From assembly GCA_017886545.1 (NCBI GenBank), contig JAGHJS010000046.1, positions 22,400-86,399 on the forward strand: DNA of 64,000 nt. The letters run 5' to 3'. Positions 25,880 to 35,673 of this stretch are shown piece by piece. The notes beneath the pieces are model-generated. The model was not told the origin of the DNA, searched no databases, and saw nothing but the letters and a program-made list of their open reading frames with translations. The first letter of the stretch is position 1, and every line of letters starts with the position of its first letter. The position numbers and the translations under genes were made by a program. Origin of the DNA: Clostridia bacterium (GTDB lineage: Bacteria > Bacillota > Clostridia > Christensenellales > Borkfalkiaceae).

Positions 25880-27205
25880 ATGAACACCCGCGAAACATTA
25901 AAAATCAACAGTGCCGGACATCTTTCGATCGGCGGCGCAGACACGACAGAACTTGCGGCGCGCTTCGGAACGCCGCTGTACGTGATGGACGAACAGTACA
26001 TCCGCGACATGTGCGCCGCTTACAGCAAAGCGATCCGAACGGATTACGGCGGAAACGGGCTTGTCCTGTACGCATCGAAAGCCTTTTCCTGCATGGCGAT
26101 CTATCGGATCGCCGAACAGGAGGGGATCGGTGTAGACGTCGTATCCGGCGGCGAACTGTACACGGCGCTCAAAGCGGGGTTCCCTGCCGAAAAAATCTGC
26201 CTGCACGGCAATAACAAATTGGCGACGGAACTTTCGCTCGCCGTTGAAAGCGGCGTCGGACTGATCGCCGTCGATTCCTATACCGAGCTCGACAAACTGG
26301 ACGCGCTCTGTGCCGAAAAAGGAAAGAGGCAGGAGATCCTGCTGCGCATAAATCCCGGTGTTGAGGCGCATACGCACCGCTTTATCCAAACCGCGAAGAC
26401 GGACAGCAAGTTCGGTTTTTCCGTTGCGGACGGAACGGCGGAAAAGATCACCGCTTATGCGCTGAAAAAGGAACACCTCGATCTGAAAGGCTACCATTGC
26501 CACATCGGTTCGCAGATCTTTGAAAAGCAGTCTTTTGCTCTTGCCGCAGAAAAGATGCTCGGTTTCATGGCGGAAATGCGTGATAAGCTCGGCTTTACGG
26601 CATCGGTGCTCAACCTCGGCGGCGGTTACGGCATTTGGTACGCCGAGGGCGACGCACAGCAGAGCGTTTCCGATTATACGGCGTATCTCCGCACCGTCAT
26701 CGGCGCCGTAAAAGCAAGCGCCGCGAGGTTTGCGATGCCCGAGCCGTACCTGCTCATCGAGCCGGGGCGCTCGATCGTAGGGGAGGCAGGGATAACGCTC
26801 TACACGGTCGGCGCGATCAAAGATATTCCCGGCGTCAAGAAATATGTTGCGGTCGACGGCGGCATGTTCGATAACCCGCGTTATGCGCTGTATCAGGCAA
26901 AATATACGGCGATACTGGCAAACCGCGCAAAGGAGCCGGCAACGGAACGCGTGAGTGTCGCCGGAAAGTGCTGTGAGAGCGGCGACATCGTCTGCGCCGA
27001 TGTCGATCTCCCCGCTGCAAAAGAAGGGGACATCCTTGCGGTGCTCTCCACGGGCGCGTACAATTATTCGATGGCGAGCAACTACAACCGCAACGCCGTT
27101 CCGCCCGTCGTACTGGTAAAAAACGGAAAAGCGGACTACATTGTTAAACCGCAGAGCTACGAAGACATCGTTCGCAACGACGTTATTCCCGAAAGCCTGC
27201 GATAA
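25880..27205 (+). CDS. lysA: Diaminopimelate decarboxylase
   Basis: FGTPLYV, YASKAF (PLP Lys), DSKFG, HCHIGSQ, EPGRS, CESGD and GAY-SMASNYN motifs. Confidence 0.96.
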   Translation: MNTRETLKINSAGHLSIGGADTTELAARFGTPLYVMDEQYIRDMCAAYSKAIRTDYGGNGLVLYASKAFSCMAIYRIAEQEGIGVDVVSGGELYTALKAGFPAEKICLHGNNKLATELSLAVESGVGLIAVDSYTELDKLDALCAEKGKRQEILLRINPGVEAHTHRFIQTAKTDSKFGFSVADGTAEKITAYALKKEHLDLKGYHCHIGSQIFEKQSFALAAEKMLGFMAEMRDKLGFTASVLNLGGGYGIWYAEGDAQQSVSDYTAYLRTVIGAVKASAARFAMPEPYLLIEPGRSIVGEAGITLYTVGAIKDIPGVKKYVAVDGGMFDNPRYALYQAKYTAILANRAKEPATERVSVAGKCCESGDIVCADVDLPAAKEGDILAVLSTGAYNYSMASNYNRNAVPPVVLVKNGKADYIVKPQSYEDIVRNDVIPESLR

Positions 27206-27219
27206 ATGAGCGATCCCTG

Positions 27220-27248
27220 AAAAGGAAGGCGTGGCTGCCTTCCTTTTT
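27220..27248 (+). terminator. Intrinsic terminator after lysA
   Basis: AAAAGGAAGGC-6-GCCTTCCTTTTT. Confidence 0.8.
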
Positions 27249-27303
27249 ATTATTTACCGCGTTTGCCTTGCTTTTTTTCGCCGGATATAGTATAATTTTT
27301 TCT

Positions 27304-28002
27304 ATGCAGGGATTCCTTGATTATGCGTTTTACCTGATCGCCAGTTTTTTTGCGGTTGCAGTCGTATTGACGCTGCACGAATTTGCGCATGCCTTTGTCG
27401 CCTATAAATGCGGCGATCTCACGCCGAAGATCTACGGCAGGCTGAGCCTGAATCCGCTGAAACATTTTGATATTCTCGGGCTCTGCCTGTTTGCCGTGGC
27501 TGGGTTCGGTTGGGCAAAACCCGTTCCCATCAATCCGAATAATTTCCGTCATTATCGCAGCGGTCTTGCCTTGACGGCACTTGCGGGCGTTGTATGCAAT
27601 TACCTGACAGCGTTCCTGTTCTATCCGCTGTTTCTGCTTGCGGGCATGCTCCCGGGAGGTTGGGGCGCGCAGCTCGCCGCCGATTTTACCGGGTATCTGT
27701 ACGCCTATTCCGTTACGTTCTTTGTGTTCAACCTGATACCGCTCCCGCCGCTGGACGGATGGCGCGTTGTGGAAGCCGTGAATCGGCGGCGCGGACGTGC
27801 GTTCCGTTGGATCCAGAGGAACGGATATTATATTTTGATCGCACTTATCGCGCTGCATTTCGTCATGACGCTTCTGCGGCGTTATCTCGGCGGGGCTGCG
27901 GCAGATGTGTTTTTATATTGTGATCCGCTCGGTATGCTGTTTGAATATGTAGTATGGTATGTCGGATGGCCGATACGGGCGCTATGGGGGTTGGTCTTTT
28001 AA
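27304..28002 (+). CDS. Site-2 protease (M50) family protein
   Basis: HEFAH, FGWAKPVP, ALAG-N and FNLIPLPPLDG motifs. Confidence 0.92.
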   Translation: MQGFLDYAFYLIASFFAVAVVLTLHEFAHAFVAYKCGDLTPKIYGRLSLNPLKHFDILGLCLFAVAGFGWAKPVPINPNNFRHYRSGLALTALAGVVCNYLTAFLFYPLFLLAGMLPGGWGAQLAADFTGYLYAYSVTFFVFNLIPLPPLDGWRVVEAVNRRRGRAFRWIQRNGYYILIALIALHFVMTLLRRYLGGAAADVFLYCDPLGMLFEYVVWYVGWPIRALWGLVF

Positions 28003-28790
28003 TGGCAAACGAAGCAGAAAAATTTGAATCCGTCGTCGACTATACGACCGTTCTTGAAAATTTTGAAGGGCCGCTCGATCTGCTGCTGTACCTTATCAAA
28101 CAGGAAAAAATCGAAATAAAGGATATCTTTGTTTCCAAAGTTACAGAGCAGTTTTTGGACTACATGAAGGGACTGCCGTACATTGATATCGACAAGGCAA
28201 GCGAATACCTTGCGATCGCATCCACAATATTGGAAATCAAAGCAAAGAGCCTTGTTCCCGCGATCGTAGAACCAGAGGAAGAACAGGAAGACAGCGAGGG
28301 CATGCTAATCCGCGCCCTCGAAGAGTACAAACTTCTCAAAGAAGAAAGCAGAAAGCTCAAAGAACTTGAAACCATCGGCTTCTACTACAAACCGCCCGAT
28401 AAAAATGTAGGCGAGGCTAAAATCGTCTATCGCGACTTCAACCTCGACGGACTGTTAAAAGCATTTACCGAGCTAATGCTCCGACGTGAAGCGCTTCGCC
28501 GTGATACGGACGTGCAGCGTGAGATCCCGAAGGATGTCTTTACCATCCCGGACCGCGCGAACTACATCCGCGAAACGCTGAACGAACGCGGGCAAGTCGG
28601 ATTTGAAGAATTGTTTTCGCCGCATTCGGGCAGGAGCGAGATCATTACGACGTTCCTTGCGCTTCTGAATCTTTTGAAATATCAATATGTGAAGGTAAAG
28701 CAGGGGCAAACATTCGGGGAGATCAGCATCGAGCTGAACGCGGACCGCAGCGACGACGAGGAGATGGAAACCTTTGAAGAATTTGAGTAA
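28002..28790 (+). CDS. scpA: Segregation and condensation protein A
   Basis: FEGPLDLLL-LI, ASEYL and TFLALL-L motifs. Confidence 0.94.
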   Translation: MANEAEKFESVVDYTTVLENFEGPLDLLLYLIKQEKIEIKDIFVSKVTEQFLDYMKGLPYIDIDKASEYLAIASTILEIKAKSLVPAIVEPEEEQEDSEGMLIRALEEYKLLKEESRKLKELETIGFYYKPPDKNVGEAKIVYRDFNLDGLLKAFTELMLRREALRRDTDVQREIPKDVFTIPDRANYIRETLNERGQVGFEELFSPHSGRSEIITTFLALLNLLKYQYVKVKQGQTFGEISIELNADRSDDEEMETFEEFE

Positions 28791-29520
28791 CATTTTGGAA
28801 AGCATCCTGTTCGTTTCGGGCAACCCCGTTCTGATTTCAGACATTGCCGAAAAACTCGGGGTCAGTGAAAAGGAAGTCAAGGACGCCGCAAAAGATTTGC
28901 AGGACCGCTACGCGGAAGACGGGGGCATTCGTCTTTTGCAGTTCAATAAAAAACTGCAGCTTTCCAGCAATCCGGAATATAAAGATTTTGTTTCTTCCGT
29001 TTTGAATCCGATCAAAGAGCGCGAATTCACGCGTACGATCCTGGAATGCTCCGCGATCATCGCCTACAAACAGCCCATAACCAAAGGCGAATTGGAAGCG
29101 CTGCGTGGATTGAACTGCGATTATGCGATCCACACGCTCCTCGACCTGAAGATGATCGAACCCGTCGGAAGAAAGGACGCCGTAGGGCGGCCGATCCTGT
29201 ATGCCACGACGGATAACTTTTTAAAACGGTTCAAACTCAACAGCATTGCCGATCTGCCCGATTATGACACTCTCATGGAGAGCATTGCCAAGCTGCACGG
29301 CGACGAACCGGATTCCTACCTGTATGCAAACAACGTCTATGTAGACGAAGAAACGGCAACTTCTTCCGCGGAAACGGGGGATGCCCACGCCGGAACGGAA
29401 GGGGATAAATCTGCCGACGCGAAACAGCCGGGCGAAGACACGCCCACGGAAGACGCAGGGGAGGAATTGCCCGATTTCCTTCGCGATCTCGGCGACGACG
29501 AATTGGTCAAGATCGAATAG
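28774..29520 (+). CDS. scpB: Segregation and condensation protein B
   Basis: LESILFVSG-P, IIAYKQPITK and GRPILYATT-FL-F motifs; acidic tail. Confidence 0.94.
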   Translation: MKNLSNILESILFVSGNPVLISDIAEKLGVSEKEVKDAAKDLQDRYAEDGGIRLLQFNKKLQLSSNPEYKDFVSSVLNPIKEREFTRTILECSAIIAYKQPITKGELEALRGLNCDYAIHTLLDLKMIEPVGRKDAVGRPILYATTDNFLKRFKLNSIADLPDYDTLMESIAKLHGDEPDSYLYANNVYVDEETATSSAETGDAHAGTEGDKSADAKQPGEDTPTEDAGEELPDFLRDLGDDELVKIE

Positions 29521-29532
29521 CGTTCAACATTC

Positions 29533-29579
29533 AAAAAAAGCAGAGAGGACAGGTTTAACCCTGTCCGCTCCGCTTTTTT
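29533..29579. terminator. Bidirectional terminator between scpB and hflX
   Basis: A-tract, GGACAGG...CCTGTCC stem, T-tract. Confidence 0.65.
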
Positions 29580-29600
29580 CCTTAATTCCCATCCGGCGTT

Positions 29601-30839
29601 TCAGTGCTGTTCCATAAACGGCTGGAAACGATGCAACTGTGTTTTTCGGATGCGCGCTTTGATCAGAACCGCGTCTTCAAGATAGTTAAACTGCAATTCA
29701 TCGGCATATTTTTTAAGCGGAGAATAAGCCGCCATCCACGCATAGGGCACGCGCAAAAGCACCTCCGCCCAGCCGCTGCCGAAAAAGCGCAGGATCGCGT
29801 TTTTTAAAGCTTCGATCCCGATGCCGTATTTTGCCGAAATAAAAATGCTTTCCTTCGGATATCCGTCGAACGAAGTAAGTTCTTCGCTCTTGTTCATCAC
29901 GATAAGATAGGGGACCTCCCCGCCGAGTTCGCGCAATGTTTCCAAGGTCGTTGCCAACTGCATCTCATGGTCGCCGCGCGCATCGCAGACGATAAGGGCA
30001 AGATCGCACTGTAACGCGCTTTCAAGCGTGGAATGGAACGCAGAGATCAGACTGTGCGGCAGCTCGCGCAAAAAGCCGACCGTATCCGTCAGAAGAAATT
30101 CACTTCCGTCGACGATCAGTTTCCGCGTCGTCGTGTCCAATGTGGCGAACAACCTGTCTTCGGCATAAACGCCTGCATCCGTCAGAAGATTGAGCAGCGT
30201 GGATTTCCCCGTGTTTGTGTACCCGATCAGAGAGATCGTTCTGAGCGCTTGCTTTTCACGGCGCTCCTGTACAAGCTGTCTGCGCTGCTTCAGGTCGGAA
30301 AGTCTGTTTTCCAAAGCTACGATCCGAGCGCGGATGCGACGGCGATCCGTTTCAAGTTTTGTTTCTCCTGGGCCGCGCGTCCCGATTCCGCCTCCCAGAC
30401 GGGAAAGTGCCTCACCTTTTCCCTTCAGCCGCGGATAAAGATACTTCAGCTGCGCAAGCTCAACTTGCAGCTTGCCCTCGCTCGTTTTTGCGTTCCTCGC
30501 AAAGATGTCCAGGATAAGCGTTGTCCGATCGATCACTTTCCGCCCGTCAAGAGCCGCCGATATATTCAGCGTTTGAGAAGGGGAAAGGTCCCCGTTGAAA
30601 AGTACCGTCACAGGCAGTCCGCTGAGCCGTCCACATAATTTTTCAAGATTGCCGGATCCGATAAATGTCGCAGGATTGATCTCTCGCACCTCGATAAACG
30701 AAACGCCGGCACACAAAGCGCCGGCGCTTTCTATCAGAGATTCAGCCTCTGCAGCCAACGCCTTATAATCCGTACGCAAGATCGGTTGAATAATATAAAT
30801 TTTCTCGATTTCTTGTTTAGTATTGTCTATAATTTCCAT
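29601..30839 (-). CDS. hflX: Ribosome-splitting GTPase HflX
   Basis: LILDIFA, GGGIGTRGPGETKLE, GYTNTGKS, LFATLD, DTVGF and NK motifs. Confidence 0.95.
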   Translation of the reverse strand: MEIIDNTKQEIEKIYIIQPILRTDYKALAAEAESLIESAGALCAGVSFIEVREINPATFIGSGNLEKLCGRLSGLPVTVLFNGDLSPSQTLNISAALDGRKVIDRTTLILDIFARNAKTSEGKLQVELAQLKYLYPRLKGKGEALSRLGGGIGTRGPGETKLETDRRRIRARIVALENRLSDLKQRRQLVQERREKQALRTISLIGYTNTGKSTLLNLLTDAGVYAEDRLFATLDTTTRKLIVDGSEFLLTDTVGFLRELPHSLISAFHSTLESALQCDLALIVCDARGDHEMQLATTLETLRELGGEVPYLIVMNKSEELTSFDGYPKESIFISAKYGIGIEALKNAILRFFGSGWAEVLLRVPYAWMAAYSPLKKYADELQFNYLEDAVLIKARIRKTQLHRFQPFMEQH

Positions 30840-30881
30840 TTTCTACACTTTTACAAGGTACTATGCCACACAGAGATCGCT

Positions 30882-31958
30882 TTATTTTTCGCTATCATCG
30901 TTCGGCTCTCTCAGCTTTACCTTATCCGCAACGGACCTGCGAATATCTTCACTGATCGCAGCATAGTGCTTTTTCGTCGTATTTACATCTTTGTGCCCCA
31001 GCACGTCGGCAACGACATAAATATCATGCGTTTCGCGGTAGAGCTGGGTGCCATATGTACTGCGCAATTTATGCGGTGAAATTTTCTTCAGCGGCGTCAC
31101 GATCTTGCTGTACTTTTTTACCAGATTTTCGACCGCACGGATACTGATGCGCTGCTGCTTCAAAGAAAGGAACAGCGCCGATTCATGTTCAGGAACGTCC
31201 TTATCTTGCTTTTTATACTGCATATAACTCGAAAGGGCATTGGCAACTTCATCCGAAAAATAGAGGATCGCACGATTACCGCCTTTCCGCGTTACATTGA
31301 AACTGTTGGTATCCAGATCGACATCTTCATTATTCAGCCCGACCAGCTCGCTGATACGGATCCCGGTCCCCAAAAACAGGCTTAAAATTGCAACATCGCG
31401 AACTTTGGTTTTTGCATGAAAGGCACGTTGATGTCCGCTCATGCCCACTCCAGTATCGGCACAATCGAGCAACGCCGCAATTTCGTTTACTTCAAGCCTG
31501 ATGATTTCTTTATCGTGCAATTTCGGCATCGATACTTTCGCCGCGTTGTCTACTCCGATTTTCTCTTTTATAAAAAAATACTTAAAGAGGGCACGGACCG
31601 TCGAAAGCTTACGGGCTTTTGCGCGCTCGTTACAGCTTTCCCAACAACCATTAAATTCATATCGACTTAAATAACTTAAAAATTTTTCGATGTCTGTGGC
31701 AGTCACAGCCTCTAAATCCGCAAGAGAGAGGGTGTGCATGCTCTTTCCGCAAAACTTTTTTTTGAGAAGATAGTCAAAAAATATGCGCAGATCATAAGCG
31801 TAGTTTAATCTGGTCAAAGTGCTCGTCTGATTTTCGATCCCCAGAAAGTACTCGTCAACGAAAGAGGGGAGTTCTTCTTTCAATTTTTCGATCCGATCAA
31901 GGTTTTTAAGATTGCGAGCATTGTAAAAATCTTTATTTTGGTCCATATTTCTGTCCAT
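30882..31958 (-). CDS. Chromosomal tyrosine recombinase (XerC/XerS-like)
   Basis: RD-AI-LFLGTGIRISEL, TRKG, SPHKLRSTY and LGH-DVNTT-HY motifs; catalytic set intact. Confidence 0.9.
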   Translation of the reverse strand: MDRNMDQNKDFYNARNLKNLDRIEKLKEELPSFVDEYFLGIENQTSTLTRLNYAYDLRIFFDYLLKKKFCGKSMHTLSLADLEAVTATDIEKFLSYLSRYEFNGCWESCNERAKARKLSTVRALFKYFFIKEKIGVDNAAKVSMPKLHDKEIIRLEVNEIAALLDCADTGVGMSGHQRAFHAKTKVRDVAILSLFLGTGIRISELVGLNNEDVDLDTNSFNVTRKGGNRAILYFSDEVANALSSYMQYKKQDKDVPEHESALFLSLKQQRISIRAVENLVKKYSKIVTPLKKISPHKLRSTYGTQLYRETHDIYVVADVLGHKDVNTTKKHYAAISEDIRRSVADKVKLREPNDDSEK

Positions 31959-31964
31959 ACGTTT

Positions 31965-31993
31965 ATTATACTTCAAATCTGCCAGAAAGGCAA
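31965..31993 (-). promoter_or_regulatory. Sigma-A promoter of the xer gene (apparently leaderless)
   Basis: TTGCCT-17 nt-TATAAT-6 nt-ATG. Confidence 0.7.
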
Positions 31994-32158
31994 ATCGATT
32001 CGTAAAATTCTTTGAAAAAACGATAACACGAAACAAAACACAGGAGCAAGCGCAAACGCTGTATCATTCACGACCGCAACAAATAAAGCCGGAATAAAGG
32101 GGCAGGCTTGGCGGCCTTCATGATCAAATGCGGCAACATCGGCAGGGCATCACACAAA

Positions 32159-32191
32159 ACTTTTATAAAAGGCTCCTGCTTTTATAAAAGT
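32159..32191. repeat. 13-7-13 inverted repeat
   Basis: ACTTTTATAAAAG-GCTCCTG-CTTTTATAAAAGT. Confidence 0.7.
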
Positions 32192-32600
32192 CTCCTTTTC
32201 CGGAAACTGCCTCAAACCGCTTTATCAAGAAGAGCAGTGGAGCAAAAATGCAAAAGCCCGACATCAAAAACTATGCGTAAAACACGGCTTTTACGCAGAA
32301 ATAGACCTAAAACAGAAGGGGTATATTCATCTGAACAGCATTTAATGTCTTACAACGTCAAAAACTTACGAACTTTTGCACACACAAGTTTGTAATGTTT
32401 TCTGATACGTTTTTCAGATTTGCTTAATTCCGACAATATTGCGCGCCCTGACCATCCTCGGCTTGGACGCGCAATCACGAATTTATAGCAATTCAAACGT
32501 CACAAATTAAAACTGAAAAAAACGCTCTGAAACAATTTCTGTCAGAATGATCGAATTTACTTTCGCAAATTTACCCGGATGATTTGTGTAAAAATTTGTA

Positions 32601-34580
32601 TCAACCGGCTTTTTGGTATTCTATGCCGCCTTCAGGCATTCGGCTTCCCATAACATAAACGCGACCATTCCCCGCATAAGATCCGATCGTATCTGTCGGA
32701 AGTCTTGCCCCGGATAATTCGTTTGCCGTATCCAAAAACACTGTTACGGCATCCGCACAAATAGACCAACTGACATTGTCATAACCCGGATACGCCTCTG
32801 TATTCAGCCCTAAAGTGTTGACGGCAACGACCTCTCCGTCCTTGTTGAACAACGGACCGCCGGAATTTCCGCTGTTGATCGGACAATCCGTCAAAATATG
32901 CAGATACCCGACTTGCGATTCATAATAATCGCACGCAGGATTGGATACGATCCCTTGCGCAAGCGCTATGCCATATCCTTCCGGATTCCCGATCGCTACA
33001 ACAGATTCCCCGAAAGCGGTTTCCGAACGGAACGCGCATACGGCTTCCTCCGCAAAGCCCGGCACGACTTCCCCATTTTCTTCATGTGAAATTTCGTTTA
33101 CAAAACGCAGCAACGCAAGGTCACCGGTTTTATCGAACGCCACAACTTCTGCACGAAGCAAAACATACTTCACGGCGCCCCCGTCCGTCAACGTGCCGTT
33201 TTCAAAAAGAACATAGAAACAATCGCTGTCCAGATCCTGCGGAACATTTTTATTGAAGTCTGCCAGGTTGTTCGAGTCCTGCACTTCGCTATTCACCACG
33301 TGCATATTCGTAATGAAATAGCCGTCTGTGTTGATAAGGAATCCTGAACCTTCTCCGATCGAGTACCCGCTTTCGGACGGGATATAATGAATAATTTTTA
33401 CAGTACTGTTCACTCTTGCCGAGGCAACACGCTCGGCCGAAGTTCCCTCCGTTTTTTCGGCATATATATCCTCTGCAAAAACGATCGAGCTGTCCTCGTC
33501 GGCAATATAATAATCAGGGAAATACTCCGTCAGAATCGCTGCGCCGGTCGTCGTACCCGCATCCGCTTTTTCGATGACGGACAAATCCGAAAATATGCTG
33601 CCGCGCACCAAAGTATCGACCGTAAAAGACGTATCAAGACCTTCTTTTGTATAAAAATCATTCAAAACTGCTTTGATCGTTGCAGACGGCGTTGCAAATG
33701 AGATCCCGTACGCATCATTTTCACGCATGATCTCCGTATCTTCCGCGCGATAATTCAGCATCCCGATCACTCTTCCTTGCGCATCGAACAACGGAGCCCC
33801 GGCATTTCCTTCGCGCAAAGTGATCCCCGTCATGATCAGATAGTCGAACGAACCGTCAAAAAGCGTTTCGTTGCTATATTTATTGAAATTGAAGACGCTT
33901 GCATGTGTATTGTACGGTTTTGAAATCAGATTTGTATCCATGACAGACGGAACGAACGATCCTTCCGCGCTAAGCGTTGCGATCGTATAGCACGCCGCAC
34001 CGTACGCAAGAGATCCGGAATTCGCAAATTGCACTTCCGTAACTCCATCCGGAACGCTCGCCGCACCTGCCGCTTCATCCAACTTTACAATCGCTATGTC
34101 CGAGCAAGCAATTGCGGACGACATAGGAAACAGCGAAGATACCGTATCATATCCGCATAACGCAGCGGAAACTTCCTCCCCGTTATAAAAAAGGACCGAA
34201 CATTCAGCATCCATAGCGGTTTGCTCAAACAGAAGCGAGGATGTTACGATATATCCGCGCTCGCTGTCCACGACGAAACCCGTTCCGTACGCTTCTCGTT
34301 CAACAGAACCTAACACACCGCCTTGCGCATGGCGAACGGAATACGTCAGCGTGATCGTAACGACCGAAGTATAGGTTTGGCGGTACAATTCCTGATAATC
34401 GGGACCGTCGGCCGAAGCGTCTCCCAGTTCAAAAGGAAGGTTTTCGACTGTGTTGCCGGTATACGGTTCGTCCGATCCTTCCGTTCCTTCGCCGGAAGAA
34501 CTTCCCGCACAAGCGCAGAACGAAACTAAAAAGACGAACGATAACAAAACTGATAAAAATTTCATCACGGAAATTTTCAT
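32601..34580 (-). CDS. Lipoprotein with two trypsin-like (S1) domains
   Basis: Signal peptide ending FCAC. Domain 1: GTGFVV, IVTSS, DIAIVK, GNAGAP. Domain 2: GSGFLI, TNMHVV, DLALL, INSGNSGGPL. No PDZ domain seen. Confidence 0.8.
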   Translation of the reverse strand: MKISVMKFLSVLLSFVFLVSFCACAGSSSGEGTEGSDEPYTGNTVENLPFELGDASADGPDYQELYRQTYTSVVTITLTYSVRHAQGGVLGSVEREAYGTGFVVDSERGYIVTSSLLFEQTAMDAECSVLFYNGEEVSAALCGYDTVSSLFPMSSAIACSDIAIVKLDEAAGAASVPDGVTEVQFANSGSLAYGAACYTIATLSAEGSFVPSVMDTNLISKPYNTHASVFNFNKYSNETLFDGSFDYLIMTGITLREGNAGAPLFDAQGRVIGMLNYRAEDTEIMRENDAYGISFATPSATIKAVLNDFYTKEGLDTSFTVDTLVRGSIFSDLSVIEKADAGTTTGAAILTEYFPDYYIADEDSSIVFAEDIYAEKTEGTSAERVASARVNSTVKIIHYIPSESGYSIGEGSGFLINTDGYFITNMHVVNSEVQDSNNLADFNKNVPQDLDSDCFYVLFENGTLTDGGAVKYVLLRAEVVAFDKTGDLALLRFVNEISHEENGEVVPGFAEEAVCAFRSETAFGESVVAIGNPEGYGIALAQGIVSNPACDYYESQVGYLHILTDCPINSGNSGGPLFNKDGEVVAVNTLGLNTEAYPGYDNVSWSICADAVTVFLDTANELSGARLPTDTIGSYAGNGRVYVMGSRMPEGGIEYQKAG

Positions 34581-34584
34581 AAAA

Positions 34585-35562
34585 TCAAGCCGCCTCCGTG
34601 TTTGTATAAGAACCTGCATCGGAAGAAACAACCGTATACGGGATCACTCTTTGCAGCTGTTCAGAAACAGAATCAATGTAGACAGCCAGCAACGAGGCAG
34701 GCAAGGCAGCCGAAACACGTTCCAGACAAATCTCCGAAGCAGATCCGTCGGTCAGCTGCCCGCGGACAAGCCCGATCAGATATCCGTTCTCATCAAACAG
34801 TGCGCCGCCGTACATATTTTCATTTGCCGGAGCGGAAAACAAAAGAAGCGGAAACGTTTTTCCCGCATAAAAAACGTCCGGAACGGCTTGCTGCGCATCG
34901 ATCGACGATACAATGCCCTGTGTAACGGATTGCTGAACATAGGTGATCATATTGGCGTTACCGAAATTAGAATTCAACGCACCGACCGCGTTTCCGACCG
35001 CAACGCATGCCGCCCCCACGCTTACGTCGTTCATCAAAAAATTTGCCCAAATCTGAAACCCGGGCACAAGCTCCTGCTTTGCCTGATCGGCATAATGGTA
35101 AAAGTTATCACGAAACGAATAAATTGCAAGCCCAGCCTGCGTGTCATGATCAACATACATAAGGCGATAACGCGCATCGTTATCATACACATCGGACAAA
35201 ACCGCATAGACAGTACTCGGCTGAATATAGTGCCCTGTGCTGTATTCAAAATACGCAACGGATGAAGTCGTCAAAACATATCCGTCGCTATCGATGATAA
35301 CGCCCGAATATACTTGCGTGTAGCTTGAAGCGTAATCCGTCCGCAAATTATACGTAGCAATAACAGAAACAACTGCCGCCTGTTGCTTACGCGCAACATA
35401 CTCTGCCGCGTTCTCCTCATTATCTGCCGCAGACTCTGTATCCAGATAATCCAAATAAACATCGACCGGATCCTGCGCATCGATCATCCAGCAACCGCCG
35501 AACAATAAACCGACGGAAATCAGAAACACAAATCCGATGCTTAAACAAATTTTTTTAAACAT
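34585..35562 (-). CDS. Lipoprotein with a degenerate trypsin-like domain
   Basis: Signal peptide ending FGGC; YSGVII-DGYVLT, AVGNA-G, TQGIVS and NMYGGALFD-G motifs. Confidence 0.72.
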   Translation of the reverse strand: MFKKICLSIGFVFLISVGLLFGGCWMIDAQDPVDVYLDYLDTESAADNEENAAEYVARKQQAAVVSVIATYNLRTDYASSYTQVYSGVIIDSDGYVLTTSSVAYFEYSTGHYIQPSTVYAVLSDVYDNDARYRLMYVDHDTQAGLAIYSFRDNFYHYADQAKQELVPGFQIWANFLMNDVSVGAACVAVGNAVGALNSNFGNANMITYVQQSVTQGIVSSIDAQQAVPDVFYAGKTFPLLLFSAPANENMYGGALFDENGYLIGLVRGQLTDGSASEICLERVSAALPASLLAVYIDSVSEQLQRVIPYTVVSSDAGSYTNTEAA

Positions 35563-35673
35563 AAAATTCAAACGCTGTCCCGTTAAAAGTTAATCACTTA
35601 ATTAATTTAGACCAAACATCATAGACATGAAAAAATCTATGAATTATGTAACACGTAGTACTTCGCGAAACTA

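Noticed and set aside
30882-31958. Xer-like gene as a prophage or ICE integrase
   Set aside because: No phage or conjugation genes nearby; it sits beside hflX and looks like a housekeeping recombinase.
35625-35660. Canonical XerCD dif site around TTATGTAAC
   Set aside because: Only a partial XerD-arm resemblance; no matching XerC arm.
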